Shown: positions 1 through 7,782, numbered from the stretch's first letter. The stretch: DNA of 35,894 nt from Lachnospiraceae bacterium (GCA_022791575.1 JAAVZI010000079.1:1-35894); one strand, 5' to 3'. Translations and numbers: made by a program. Notes: generated by a model not told the origin, from the sequence alone.

Positions 1-14
1 AATCAAAAAAATGC

Positions 15-43
15 TTGCAAAAGTTACGAAATCATGATAACAT
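15..43 (+). promoter_or_regulatory. sigma-A type promoter (-35 TTGCAA 15-20, 17-nt spacer, -10 TAACAT 38-43), tRNA-operon style
   Basis: Hexamers and spacing read directly. The -35 hexamer and about 10 bp of upstream context are identical (1 mismatch) to the promoter at 7541-7579 that drives tRNA-Glu/Cys. Confidence 0.5.
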
Positions 44-111
44 AAACAAGTCGTGAGAACGACGTTGAGAAAGAATATTTCTCCCACTCTTATCGGTGTG
101 CGAGCGCACCC

Positions 112-170
112 GTTGGTAGAGCACGCGGCTGTTAACCGCGGGGTTGTTGGTTCGAGCCCAACTCGGGGAG
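112..170 (+). tRNA. tRNA-Asn(GTT)-like, 3' portion only (D-loop to discriminator); 5' acceptor and D-stem are disrupted, so a likely pseudo-tRNA or attachment-site remnant
   Basis: Canonical anticodon arm cgcgg/CTGTTAA/ccgcg with anticodon GTT. T-arm gttgg-TTCGAGC-ccaac, acceptor 3' strand tcgggga plus G discriminator, D-loop GGTAGAGC. The expected 5' strand (tccccga-ta-gctc) is absent. A partially complementary tctccca sits 23 nt too far upstream, with a gtgcg-agc-cgcac hairpin in between. Confidence 0.45.
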
Positions 171-175
171 TTTGG

Positions 176-212
176 AAAACCTTGTAAATATGAGTGTTTA
201 CAAGGTTTTTTG
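176..212 (+). terminator. rho-independent terminator (10-bp stem accttgtaaa/tttacaaggt plus T-run)
   Basis: Perfect inverted repeat followed by TTTTTT, directly after the tRNA-like element. Confidence 0.7.
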
Positions 213-363
213 TTGTTAATTATTTCTAGCCCGCTCTTCCTATTACGTTACGAAGTTGAATAGTTTTCAGGAAAAAGCAGCAGAAATAAATCAATCTGGT
301 GAAATTACCGTAGCGGATACGCAGTTATTATGAAAACTTATTAAAAAAATTGAATAATTACAA

Positions 364-1359
364 TCATAATAAAAGGTAATATTGTTTTTTCAGCCTGGCC
401 TTTAAATTTTTCAGAAAGTGCTGATTGCCCAGTACTGTCAGCATAGGTCCAAAAGAGAGAACTTCAATCAAAAGTTCTGTTTCCATACTTTGATTATAGT
501 AAATCAAACACTCATAAGTATCCTCATCTATTCTGGTTGTATTTTTCTCATAATTGGCAAAATGCAGCATAGCACGTTCCAGTGCATTTCGCCGATTGAC
601 AATCAGCAGCCGCAGGGGTTCTTTGTAGTAAGAATTTCGAATAATGGTATTGATATCAAATGATTTTGTAAAGGTTTTTTCTGTCAGTTGTACTTCTTTC
701 ATACGATCAAGATTCAGTATTTCCAGTTTTAAATGTTCATCTTTGGCTGGTTTCAGGGCAAGAAGACGGAACTTGTCATTCTTTACAGAATATTCCAGGC
801 GGGCAGGGATATAGTGATGGTGTAAGCGGTTTCCATTGGGCGAGTTGTAGTCAATATCTACATAGCGGCCACTTTTTTGCCCATAAAGCAAGGTACGGAA
901 ATTATGACAGTAATTTTCATCCTGATAAGGATCACCATCAGAAAAACGATCATAATAATAAAATTGCTCCTGTCGCCAAAGCGGAGGAATATTTGTAAGT
1001 AAATCATTAAGAGTCTCCCATTGGCTGGAATCTAAAAATAACCTTATACGGGAATCGGATAATAAAGCTTTCAGATAAGACTGCTCAAGGGATGAGAGTG
1101 GAGTAAGAAAGGAGGGTGAGAGCCTGGAGAGATATAGGCTGCCCTCTTTTTTGAATAAATTCCATGTGCCGTCTTCTAGTTTGGGAATAATGGAGAGCAG
1201 ACTTTCTCCGAAGCCTTCCTTGCTAATCTGCTCTTGGATTTCCTGAATGGAAAGAGGACTTTGGCTGCATAAGATATGTCTTAATACTTGATAATAGCAG
1301 CTATATATCTCAGAAAATAATTCCATAACCATATTCCTCCATGTTTGTATTTGTTCCAT
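364..1359 (-). CDS. HTH-WYL domain transcriptional regulator (PafC/PafB-like), paralog of the upstream gene
   Basis: 331-aa ORF with an N-terminal HTH-like segment, then a WYL-like core (FRLLAL ... LNLDRM). It is last in a - strand operon, 33 nt after the preceding WYL gene. An internal start with GGAGG (M12, coordinate 1326) is also possible. Confidence 0.5.
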   Translation of the reverse strand: MEQIQTWRNMVMELFSEIYSCYYQVLRHILCSQSPLSIQEIQEQISKEGFGESLLSIIPKLEDGTWNLFKKEGSLYLSRLSPSFLTPLSSLEQSYLKALLSDSRIRLFLDSSQWETLNDLLTNIPPLWRQEQFYYYDRFSDGDPYQDENYCHNFRTLLYGQKSGRYVDIDYNSPNGNRLHHHYIPARLEYSVKNDKFRLLALKPAKDEHLKLEILNLDRMKEVQLTEKTFTKSFDINTIIRNSYYKEPLRLLIVNRRNALERAMLHFANYEKNTTRIDEDTYECLIYYNQSMETELLIEVLSFGPMLTVLGNQHFLKNLKARLKKQYYLLL

Positions 1360-1392
1360 AACCGTGTTGTATAGAGTAAAAGTACCATATAA

Positions 1393-2640
1393 TCATTGGT
1401 GCGTTTCATCCATTTGATATAGTTGATACATCATTTGTAAATCGTGATAAAAACGCTGTTCTACAGATTTTGCAGTACATTCCAGTGATAAGATTCTGCC
1501 AATAAATGTGCGGATCCAGGGGAGCATTTCATTGCAGTCAAAAACTTCAATTTCATATTTATAAATATCTGGTTCCAGTCTTGTGACAACACCGCCTCGG
1601 CCTTCTCGTCTTAGACGGTCAACAATGTAAAGCTCCTTGGGTTCTTTTACCTGTATCCGCATTGTCAAAGTGTCGAGATGATGACCTTCCGGCCCTTGAA
1701 AAGATACCCCCCAAAGATGCGGCCGGTTTTGGTTTAGCTTCTTTACTAAAAAGTCATATTCGTCTGCTTGGCCAAGCGGTGTAATGTTTTTGATCGCATC
1801 CAGGCGGAAACAGGTGAAACGTTTACTCTTGCAGATATATCCACATAGAAAACGGCGGCCGCTTCGGGTGCTGGTGAATATCTGCAAAGGGATACAATAT
1901 GCAGTATTGGGACTTCCTTTTTTAGAACTTTTTATTTCTAACTGTATGGACTGCTTTTCATTCATAAACTGTAAAAGGGCAGATAATATTTCGTCTTCTA
2001 ATGTATGTACAAAGAAACTGTGCTTTACTCGAAAAATCTGATTTTGAGAATCCAGCTGCTCAGCAAGCACATTTCCTACAATACCGAAAACTTCGGCCAT
2101 TTGATAGAAAGATAGAGCCTCCTTGATGTTATCATTGGAGTTCAGCCAGAGGGCAAGGGTCTGATTCAGGAAATAAAGGACGTTTTTTCCAATTTTCTTT
2201 TTTTCAAGCAGCCCGTTTTTGGCATAGGCGTTGCACTTTCGGCGGACGGTCTGGGTGTCAAACAAGGATTCGTATTCGGTCAGCAAAGAATCTGTGATGA
2301 CTTCGGCAGTCAGGGCGCGGCCATCCTGCAGAAGGTCTAGGATTAGGAAATGCAGGACAATATCGTTGTCAGTGAAGCTTTTAGTCTTCCATACCTGGAA
2401 TAGGGGGTTGGAATCCAGCAAGTTACTATCAATGCCAAGCGAGATATTGGCTCCGCTTGCAGCATGATCTTTGCGCACATACGGGCCGAGCCAGCTTTCC
2501 AAGCGTCTTCGTTCGTTATCGTAGGTTCGCGGGCTTTTATTTTTGAATTCATTTCTGGTCTTAAAGCCGTAGACAAAGAAGTCACGTACATATTCTCTTG
2601 TTTTTGCAAAGCTTTTAATTAGTTCCTGGAAATCGGACAT
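1393..2640 (-). CDS. HTH_11-WYL domain transcriptional regulator (PafB/PafC-like)
   Basis: 415-aa ORF. The N-terminus has a SPRTYDNERRRLESWLGPYV HTH_11-like helix. The central region has a WYL-like motif (IPLQIF ... FRLDAIKNI). An AAGGA ribosome-binding site lies 9 nt upstream. The start overlaps the end of the upstream 4Fe-4S gene by 22 nt. Confidence 0.55.
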   Translation of the reverse strand: MSDFQELIKSFAKTREYVRDFFVYGFKTRNEFKNKSPRTYDNERRRLESWLGPYVRKDHAASGANISLGIDSNLLDSNPLFQVWKTKSFTDNDIVLHFLILDLLQDGRALTAEVITDSLLTEYESLFDTQTVRRKCNAYAKNGLLEKKKIGKNVLYFLNQTLALWLNSNDNIKEALSFYQMAEVFGIVGNVLAEQLDSQNQIFRVKHSFFVHTLEDEILSALLQFMNEKQSIQLEIKSSKKGSPNTAYCIPLQIFTSTRSGRRFLCGYICKSKRFTCFRLDAIKNITPLGQADEYDFLVKKLNQNRPHLWGVSFQGPEGHHLDTLTMRIQVKEPKELYIVDRLRREGRGGVVTRLEPDIYKYEIEVFDCNEMLPWIRTFIGRILSLECTAKSVEQRFYHDLQMMYQLYQMDETHQ

Positions 2641-3548
2641 GGGTTATCGTTCCTTTTTGTTTGACTGTTTTGTGGTTCTGCCGCTTTAGCATTGAAAGAA
2701 AGTCCGCTGTGAATGGCATTGACCGGACATGCATGTTTGCATGCACCGCAGCGAATACATTCGGGGTGATTCGCATTTTGAACAGGATTAATCTGCATTT
2801 GACATGCTTGTGCACATTTTCCGCAGTGTATACAGGTATGGTCTATCCGATAGCGGAATATAGAAATGGGATTAAATACGGAGTAGACGGCACCCAGCGG
2901 ACATAGGTACTTACAAAAAGGACGATAAATCAGGATGGACAGAAAAATAGTAGCTATAAGCAAGACATTTTTCCAGACATAGAGCCATCCCAAGGCACTG
3001 TGCATAGATTGATTCAGCAAAACCAGCGGGATTCCGCCTTCCAGTGTGCCGGCAGGGCAGATTAGTTTACAGAAATAAGGAGTACCCTGACCAAGCAGAT
3101 CGACTAGATATAGGGGAAGGAGAATAACAAAGACTGCCAAAACCAGGTATTTAAGTTTACGAAGCAGCCGGTCGCCTTTGAATGTTCGGATTTTTCTGGG
3201 GAAAGGAATTTTGTACAATAGATCCTGAATTAGGCCAAATGGGCATAAAAAACCACAGACAAACCGTCCCATCAGTGCACCAACAAAGATTAAGAAGCCT
3301 GCCACATAGAATGCAAACTTAAAATTCCAACTGCCAATGACTGCCTGCAGGGAACCGATTGGACAGGCGCCAACGGCACCAGGGCATGAATAGCAGTTTA
3401 GTCCGGGTACACAGATATTTTTCAGTCTGCCTTTATAAATTTTACCATAGAGAAAGCCGGCGAGATAGCTGTTGGTAAGAAGTGCCCAAAGTGCTTGAAT
3501 CCCGTGGCGTTTCCATTCTTTTGCCTTTTGTCTCTTATCCAATTCCAA
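2619..3548 (-). CDS. NapH/MauN-like membrane polyferredoxin (4Fe-4S binding protein with TM segments and multiple CxxC/CxxCxxC motifs)
   Basis: 309-aa ORF with hydrophobic helices plus [11 protein letters not shown] and [12 protein letters not shown] ferredoxin motifs and N-terminal [12 protein letters not shown]. Confidence 0.75.
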   Translation of the reverse strand: MELDKRQKAKEWKRHGIQALWALLTNSYLAGFLYGKIYKGRLKNICVPGLNCYSCPGAVGACPIGSLQAVIGSWNFKFAFYVAGFLIFVGALMGRFVCGFLCPFGLIQDLLYKIPFPRKIRTFKGDRLLRKLKYLVLAVFVILLPLYLVDLLGQGTPYFCKLICPAGTLEGGIPLVLLNQSMHSALGWLYVWKNVLLIATIFLSILIYRPFCKYLCPLGAVYSVFNPISIFRYRIDHTCIHCGKCAQACQMQINPVQNANHPECIRCGACKHACPVNAIHSGLSFNAKAAEPQNSQTKRNDNPCPISRN

Positions 3549-3684
3549 TACACTCCATACAGATATTTATAGCTTTTTGAAATACTATAGCAGCTTCTCC
3601 ACGGTAGATACCAAAAACGATCAATATCAACCCCAGCACAGTCAGTGCAGGTCCGAACCAGGGAGAATGCAGAAAGCGCCTCAT
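3535..3684 (-). CDS. small membrane CXXC mini-protein (49 aa, [49 protein letters not shown]), CD1871A-like
   Basis: Not in the supplied ORF track because it is under 60 aa. ATG at 3684 overlaps the TlpA stop and the stop overlaps the polyferredoxin start by 14 nt, which implies translational coupling. One TM helix plus a C-terminal CMEC motif. Confidence 0.5.
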   Translation of the reverse strand: MRRFLHSPWFGPALTVLGLILIVFGIYRGEAAIVFQKAINICMECIGIG

Positions 3685-4319
3685 GAGGCTGTGTCCTTCA
3701 GCGTTTGTTTCACAATCTCAGTCCATTCGTCCAGAGAATGACTGCCGGAATAGGTTTCTCCGACGATTGTTCCGTTCTTGTCAACAAAGAAAGTTTCGGG
3801 AACAGCTTGTATTCCAACCAGTCTGCCGTTCATATAGTTTTGGTCCGGGATAAGGAAGGGGTAGGAGGCACCGGTGCGCTCGGCAATCAGTTTTGCTTTT
3901 TCCAATGCTTCTTGATCTTCCCTACCAAAACGGTCAAGTCCATCCAGAATGATCCCCACGACCTGAACGTTTTGGTCTTTCATGGATTCGGACAGCTTTT
4001 GTAGATCGGGAATTTCATTGATACAGGGAGAACACCAGGTGGTGAATATGTTTACCATAGTCAAATCGTAGTCTGCAAACATTTCCTGGGTATAGCTTTT
4101 ACCTGCCAGATCCTGCATAGAGAAGACACCGAGACTTCCATTATTGCTGCCATTTTGTTCTCCAGTTGCTGTTTGTTCCGCGTCTTCTTGAAGTGAATCG
4201 AGGTTAGTTGGGGACGGTTCCTGGGAAGATTTATGATCCGATGAGCAGCCGCCAAGCAGTGTAAGGCAGCACAGAGCAGATACAAGTAACATAGATCGAG
4301 TTTTCTTAGTTTTTTTCAT
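3681..4319 (-). CDS. TlpA/ResA-family thiol-disulfide oxidoreductase lipoprotein (thioredoxin fold, WCSPC active site)
   Basis: Signal peptide with lipobox LLGGC, WCSPC motif, 212 aa. A GGAG ribosome-binding site lies upstream. Confidence 0.85.
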   Translation of the reverse strand: MKKTKKTRSMLLVSALCCLTLLGGCSSDHKSSQEPSPTNLDSLQEDAEQTATGEQNGSNNGSLGVFSMQDLAGKSYTQEMFADYDLTMVNIFTTWCSPCINEIPDLQKLSESMKDQNVQVVGIILDGLDRFGREDQEALEKAKLIAERTGASYPFLIPDQNYMNGRLVGIQAVPETFFVDKNGTIVGETYSGSHSLDEWTEIVKQTLKDTAS

Positions 4320-4622
4320 ATAATAGGCTCCTTTATTTGGGGTATATGTTAATAGATATCAAATGATTTTGCTTGATTTAGTCTTTGTATATAATTAGTA
4401 ACATTATAACATATTAATCTTGGAAATAGTTTGAAATATTTGTTAATTTTTCTTACAAAGGTGAGTTTTTATATGAAAAGAGGGTTTCTTGCTCATTTAT
4501 GATCTTTGATTATAGTAGTTCGCAACTTTTTTGAAATGATAATCTGGTAAATTCTGTATATAATAATCGTATCAGTTGAAAAATAAATAATTAGCGAAAT
4601 AAAACAAATCGTTTAAGAAAGG

Positions 4623-5864
4623 ATGAGGCAAATGTTTGTATTATATAATGAAAAAACAAGATTTCCAGTAAAAATCTGGCTGGAGGATCAGGGGCAGTTG
4701 GAGGAAAATTGTCTGGAGCAGGCTTATCACTTGTCGCAGCTTCCTTTTATACATAAGTGGGTCTGCTTGATGCCAGATACACATGCCGGAAAGGGAATGC
4801 CAATTGGCGGAGTAATTGCAGCCAAAGACGTTGTGATTCCGAATGCAGTAGGAGTGGATATTGGATGTGGTATGGATTTCATTCCAACCAATATACGAGT
4901 AGAAGATATTTTGGATATTCAGACAGGAAATGGGACTATGATTCAGGCTATGATTGGAAATATTATGAGATCGATTCCGCTTAATGCCGAGCGGTATAAA
5001 GTGCCGCAGAAATCCCCTGTGCTGGATCTTGCGAAACAGGAGCTGGAGAAGTATGAGAAGAATTCAGAACTGCTCCCACTAATTGAGGACGGATATTTCC
5101 AGGTGGGAAGTTTGGGAGGAGGCAATCATTTTATTGAGCTTCAGGAGGATCAGGAGGGATATCTGTGTATTATGATCCATTCAGGAAGCCGCCATTTGGG
5201 AAAGGCGATCTGTGATTATTTTCATGAAAAGGCAAGAGAATTGAATCAGCGTTGGTATAGTGAAGTAAAGGACGAATACCGTCTGGCTTTTCTACCGGTG
5301 TCGTCCGAAGAGGGGCAGCAATATATACATTGGATGAACCTGGCGATGGATTATGCATTTGAAAATCGTGCTTGTATGCTTGATAAGACCTGCCGGATTG
5401 TAAAAGAAGCAATAGAAAAGTATACTGGGCAGCGTGTAGAATTTGGTGAGGAGATTAACTGTCATCATAACTATACGGCGTTGGAACATCATTACGATGC
5501 GGATGTCTGGGTGCATAGAAAAGGTGCAACCAGAGTGCGGGATGGGGAATTGGCTGTGATACCCGGGGCAATGGGCTCTTATAGTTATGTGGTGGAAGGC
5601 AGAGGCAGTCAGGAATCCTTCTGTACTTCCTCGCATGGCGCAGGACGAAATTATTCCAGAAGCGGAGCCATGCAGGCATTTTCCGTAGAGAAAGTAATGG
5701 TAGATTTAAAGGAACAGGGTGTTGTGCTTGGAAAACGAAAGAAAAATGATGTAGCGGAAGAATGCCGCTTTGCTTATAAAGATATTGATCAGGTAATGGC
5801 ACAGCAGTCAGACTTGGTGACGCCTGTTCGAAAGTTAAAGACAGTTGGTGTAGTGAAAGGTTAA
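4623..5864 (+). CDS. rtcB: RNA-splicing ligase RtcB (E. coli-type, about 410 aa)
   Basis: Motifs MPDTHAGKG, GVDIGCGM, GGGNHFIE, NCHHNY, HRKGAT, SHGAGR. Colinear with E. coli RtcB from the N-terminus. An alternative start at 4632 (M4) is possible. Confidence 0.92.
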   Translation: MRQMFVLYNEKTRFPVKIWLEDQGQLEENCLEQAYHLSQLPFIHKWVCLMPDTHAGKGMPIGGVIAAKDVVIPNAVGVDIGCGMDFIPTNIRVEDILDIQTGNGTMIQAMIGNIMRSIPLNAERYKVPQKSPVLDLAKQELEKYEKNSELLPLIEDGYFQVGSLGGGNHFIELQEDQEGYLCIMIHSGSRHLGKAICDYFHEKARELNQRWYSEVKDEYRLAFLPVSSEEGQQYIHWMNLAMDYAFENRACMLDKTCRIVKEAIEKYTGQRVEFGEEINCHHNYTALEHHYDADVWVHRKGATRVRDGELAVIPGAMGSYSYVVEGRGSQESFCTSSHGAGRNYSRSGAMQAFSVEKVMVDLKEQGVVLGKRKKNDVAEECRFAYKDIDQVMAQQSDLVTPVRKLKTVGVVKG

Positions 5865-5974
5865 GAGAAAATCGGGTTTTATGACTGGGCATTGGAAGCT
5901 ATTTCCTGCCCGGCGGTGCCTGCAGCGTGCTGTTAGGTATTCCATAAATAGAGAGGAAGCTTAATCGTTTTGAA

Positions 5975-6100
5975 AACAGGTTAAGGGTTCCATGTGATGC
6001 GAGGGTTCGAATCCCTCCCGTGTAAACGGTAGCTCAGTGGGTAGAGTACACAATTATTTGGCAAGACTCGTCAAGTCTGCGGTTCGACTCCGCTCTAAGA
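5975..6100 (+). ncRNA. tRNA-like RNA module (two T-arms and a D-arm), candidate Y RNA (YrlA)-like tRNA mimic or degenerate tRNA remnants
   Basis: T-arm gaggg-TTCGAAT-ccctc at 6001-6017. D-arm-like GGTAGCTCAGTGGGTAGAG at 6028-6046. Hairpin agact-cgtca-agtct at 6064-6078. A second T-arm gcgg-TTCGACT-ccgc at 6079-6093. No acceptor stem or anticodon arm can be folded, so it is not a canonical tRNA. Confidence 0.3.
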
Positions 6101-6412
6101 AATACTTTTATACGAAGTTCTAGCACGTCTTTCGCTGGTGTAAATCGATCCGAACTGGTCTGTAAATGCAGCAAGAAGTGAACAAATCTGTCTGGATCAA
6201 AGGCGTGCAGTTTAGCCAGCTGCCTGAATGCTGGGGATACCGCAGTAGAAATGGGAGAACGACAGTTCGATATCATGATGAATGTACTTCTTTCGGCTCT
6301 TCTGCTTAACCAGCGTTCCGCAGCAGGTTAAGAGTATTTCCTAAGAAAAAAGTGACAACATGTAAGAAGATATCTGATATAAGAAAGATAGCAAACGATG
6401 GGAGGAATGAAG

Positions 6413-7522
6413 ATGAAGTATTATATAAAGGATAATCAGGCGGGCTTTGTATTTAAAAATGGGATATTTAAGAAAATGATTCCTGCAGGAACTTATCATT
6501 TTTCAAAAATGGCTGGTTATCAGGTGGAAATAGAGGAAATGAGAGGGGAGGTGGACATTCTTACGGTACCTTATCAGGTTCTTGCCCAAGATTCCCTGTT
6601 TCAAAACTCTGTCATACATATAGAAATTGCGGATGGTTCGATAGGATTTATCTATATAAATGGAAAGCTGACTACATTTGCCAACCGCAGAGAATACACA
6701 TTCTGGAATGTATTTGACAAATATGAGGTAAAAGTAGTGTCTATGAAAGAAGTACTTATGGGTGCGGAGGTTACGAAACAAATGCGTTCTCTGATTCCGG
6801 GAAATCTCTATACACACGTTATTGTAAAAGAAGGGGAGGTGGGTCTGGTCTATTATGATCATGTTCTGCAGCACCAGCTTTCCAGAGGGGAGTATTGTTT
6901 CTGGAATTATCAATATAATATTACCCAAAACGTGCTGGATCTCAAACAAAAGGAATTGAATATCGTGGGACAGGAGATTTTGACCAAAGATAAAATCAGT
7001 ATTCGAATGAACGTTGCCTGCATGTATAGGATCAGAGATGCCGTAGAATTTGCTGCGACAGTTTCGAATCTGCAGGCGGAACTATATTCAGCAGCCCAGT
7101 TGGCGATCCGTGAGATTGTGGGAAACTATAAGCTGGATGAGATTCTGGAAATAAGGGAGCAGATTTCCCAAGAAATTTATGAGGCACTTCAAAAGAAAGA
7201 ACATATGTTTTGCGTGAGCTTTCTCACAGCAGGTATTAAGGATATCATTCTTCCGGGTGAAATACGAGAGATCATGAATTCTGTGCTTGTGGCGGAAAAA
7301 ACAGCACAAGCTAATGTGATTGCTCGCAGAGAAGAGGTGGCATCTACCCGTTCGCTGTTGAATACAGCAAAGCTGATGGAGGAAAATTCAACGCTTTTTA
7401 AGTTGAAAGAGCTGGAATATCTGGAGAGAATCTGTGACAAGGTAGGCGATATCTCTGTCAATGGTAATGCTGGAATGGTGGAAGAACTGGGAAAGCTGAT
7501 GGGTATGAGCCAAGCAGGATAA
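6413..7522 (+). CDS. SPFH/Band-7 (stomatin/slipin-like) domain protein
   Basis: Core SPFH similarity (ISIRMNVACMYRIRDAVEFAATVSN ... AIREIVGNYKLDEILE). GGAGG at 6401-6405 favours the ATG at 6413. The ORF is open from 6398. Confidence 0.8.
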   Translation: MKYYIKDNQAGFVFKNGIFKKMIPAGTYHFSKMAGYQVEIEEMRGEVDILTVPYQVLAQDSLFQNSVIHIEIADGSIGFIYINGKLTTFANRREYTFWNVFDKYEVKVVSMKEVLMGAEVTKQMRSLIPGNLYTHVIVKEGEVGLVYYDHVLQHQLSRGEYCFWNYQYNITQNVLDLKQKELNIVGQEILTKDKISIRMNVACMYRIRDAVEFAATVSNLQAELYSAAQLAIREIVGNYKLDEILEIREQISQEIYEALQKKEHMFCVSFLTAGIKDIILPGEIREIMNSVLVAEKTAQANVIARREEVASTRSLLNTAKLMEENSTLFKLKELEYLERICDKVGDISVNGNAGMVEELGKLMGMSQAG

Positions 7523-7550
7523 AAAAGTTGGTAAAATTTAAAAAAAGTGC

Positions 7551-7579
7551 TTGCAAAATAGTAAAAGATATGATAATAT
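7551..7579 (+). promoter_or_regulatory. sigma-A promoter of the tRNA-Glu/tRNA-Cys operon (-35 TTGCAA 7551-7556, 17-nt spacer, -10 TAATAT 7574-7579)
   Basis: Consensus-like hexamers. Upstream context is near-identical to positions 5-20 of the window. An 11-bp leader hairpin (7582-7621) lies between the promoter and the tRNA. Confidence 0.6.
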
Positions 7580-7623
7580 ATATTTTGTCGTTGGCTATAA
7601 TCATTTGAACAACGACAAAATAC

Positions 7624-7695
7624 GGCTCCATGGTCAAGTGGTTAAGACACCGCCCTTTCACGGCGGTAACAGGGGTTCAAATCCCCTTGGAGTCA
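7624..7695 (+). tRNA. tRNA-Glu (anticodon TTC)
   Basis: Acceptor ggctcca/tggagtc. Anticodon arm ccgcc-CTTTCAC-ggcgg. T-arm GGGGTTCAAATCCCC. 72 nt with no encoded CCA. Confidence 0.9.
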
Positions 7696-7698
7696 TAA

Positions 7699-7769
7699 GG
7701 CGACATAGCCAAGTGGTAAGGCAGAGGTCTGCAACACCTTCATCACCAGTTCAAATCTGGTTGTCGCCT
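7699..7769 (+). tRNA. tRNA-Cys (anticodon GCA)
   Basis: Acceptor ggcgaca/tgtcgcc. Anticodon loop CTGCAAC. T-arm accag-TTCAAAT-ctggt. 71 nt. Confidence 0.9.
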
Positions 7770-7782
7770 TTCTATAGAAAGT

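Noticed and set aside
418-663. Antisense and internal short ORFs inside longer CDSs (e.g. 418-663, 1784-2041, 2231-2467, 5170-5636, 6503-6949, 12621-12857, 22704-22940, 25356-25776)
   Set aside because: They are fully embedded in longer, homology-supported genes on the opposite strand or in another frame. They have no ribosome-binding sites. They are typical six-frame noise.
6034-6276. 80-aa - strand ORF
   Set aside because: It overlaps the tRNA-like T-arm and D-arm sequences. It has no ribosome-binding site and no recognisable protein features.
7582-7621. Possible second promoter inside the tRNA-Glu leader hairpin (TATAAT at 7595-7600)
   Set aside because: There is no acceptable -35 at the right spacing. 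The TATAAT sits in the loop of an 11-bp hairpin, which is more consistent with a leader processing structure.
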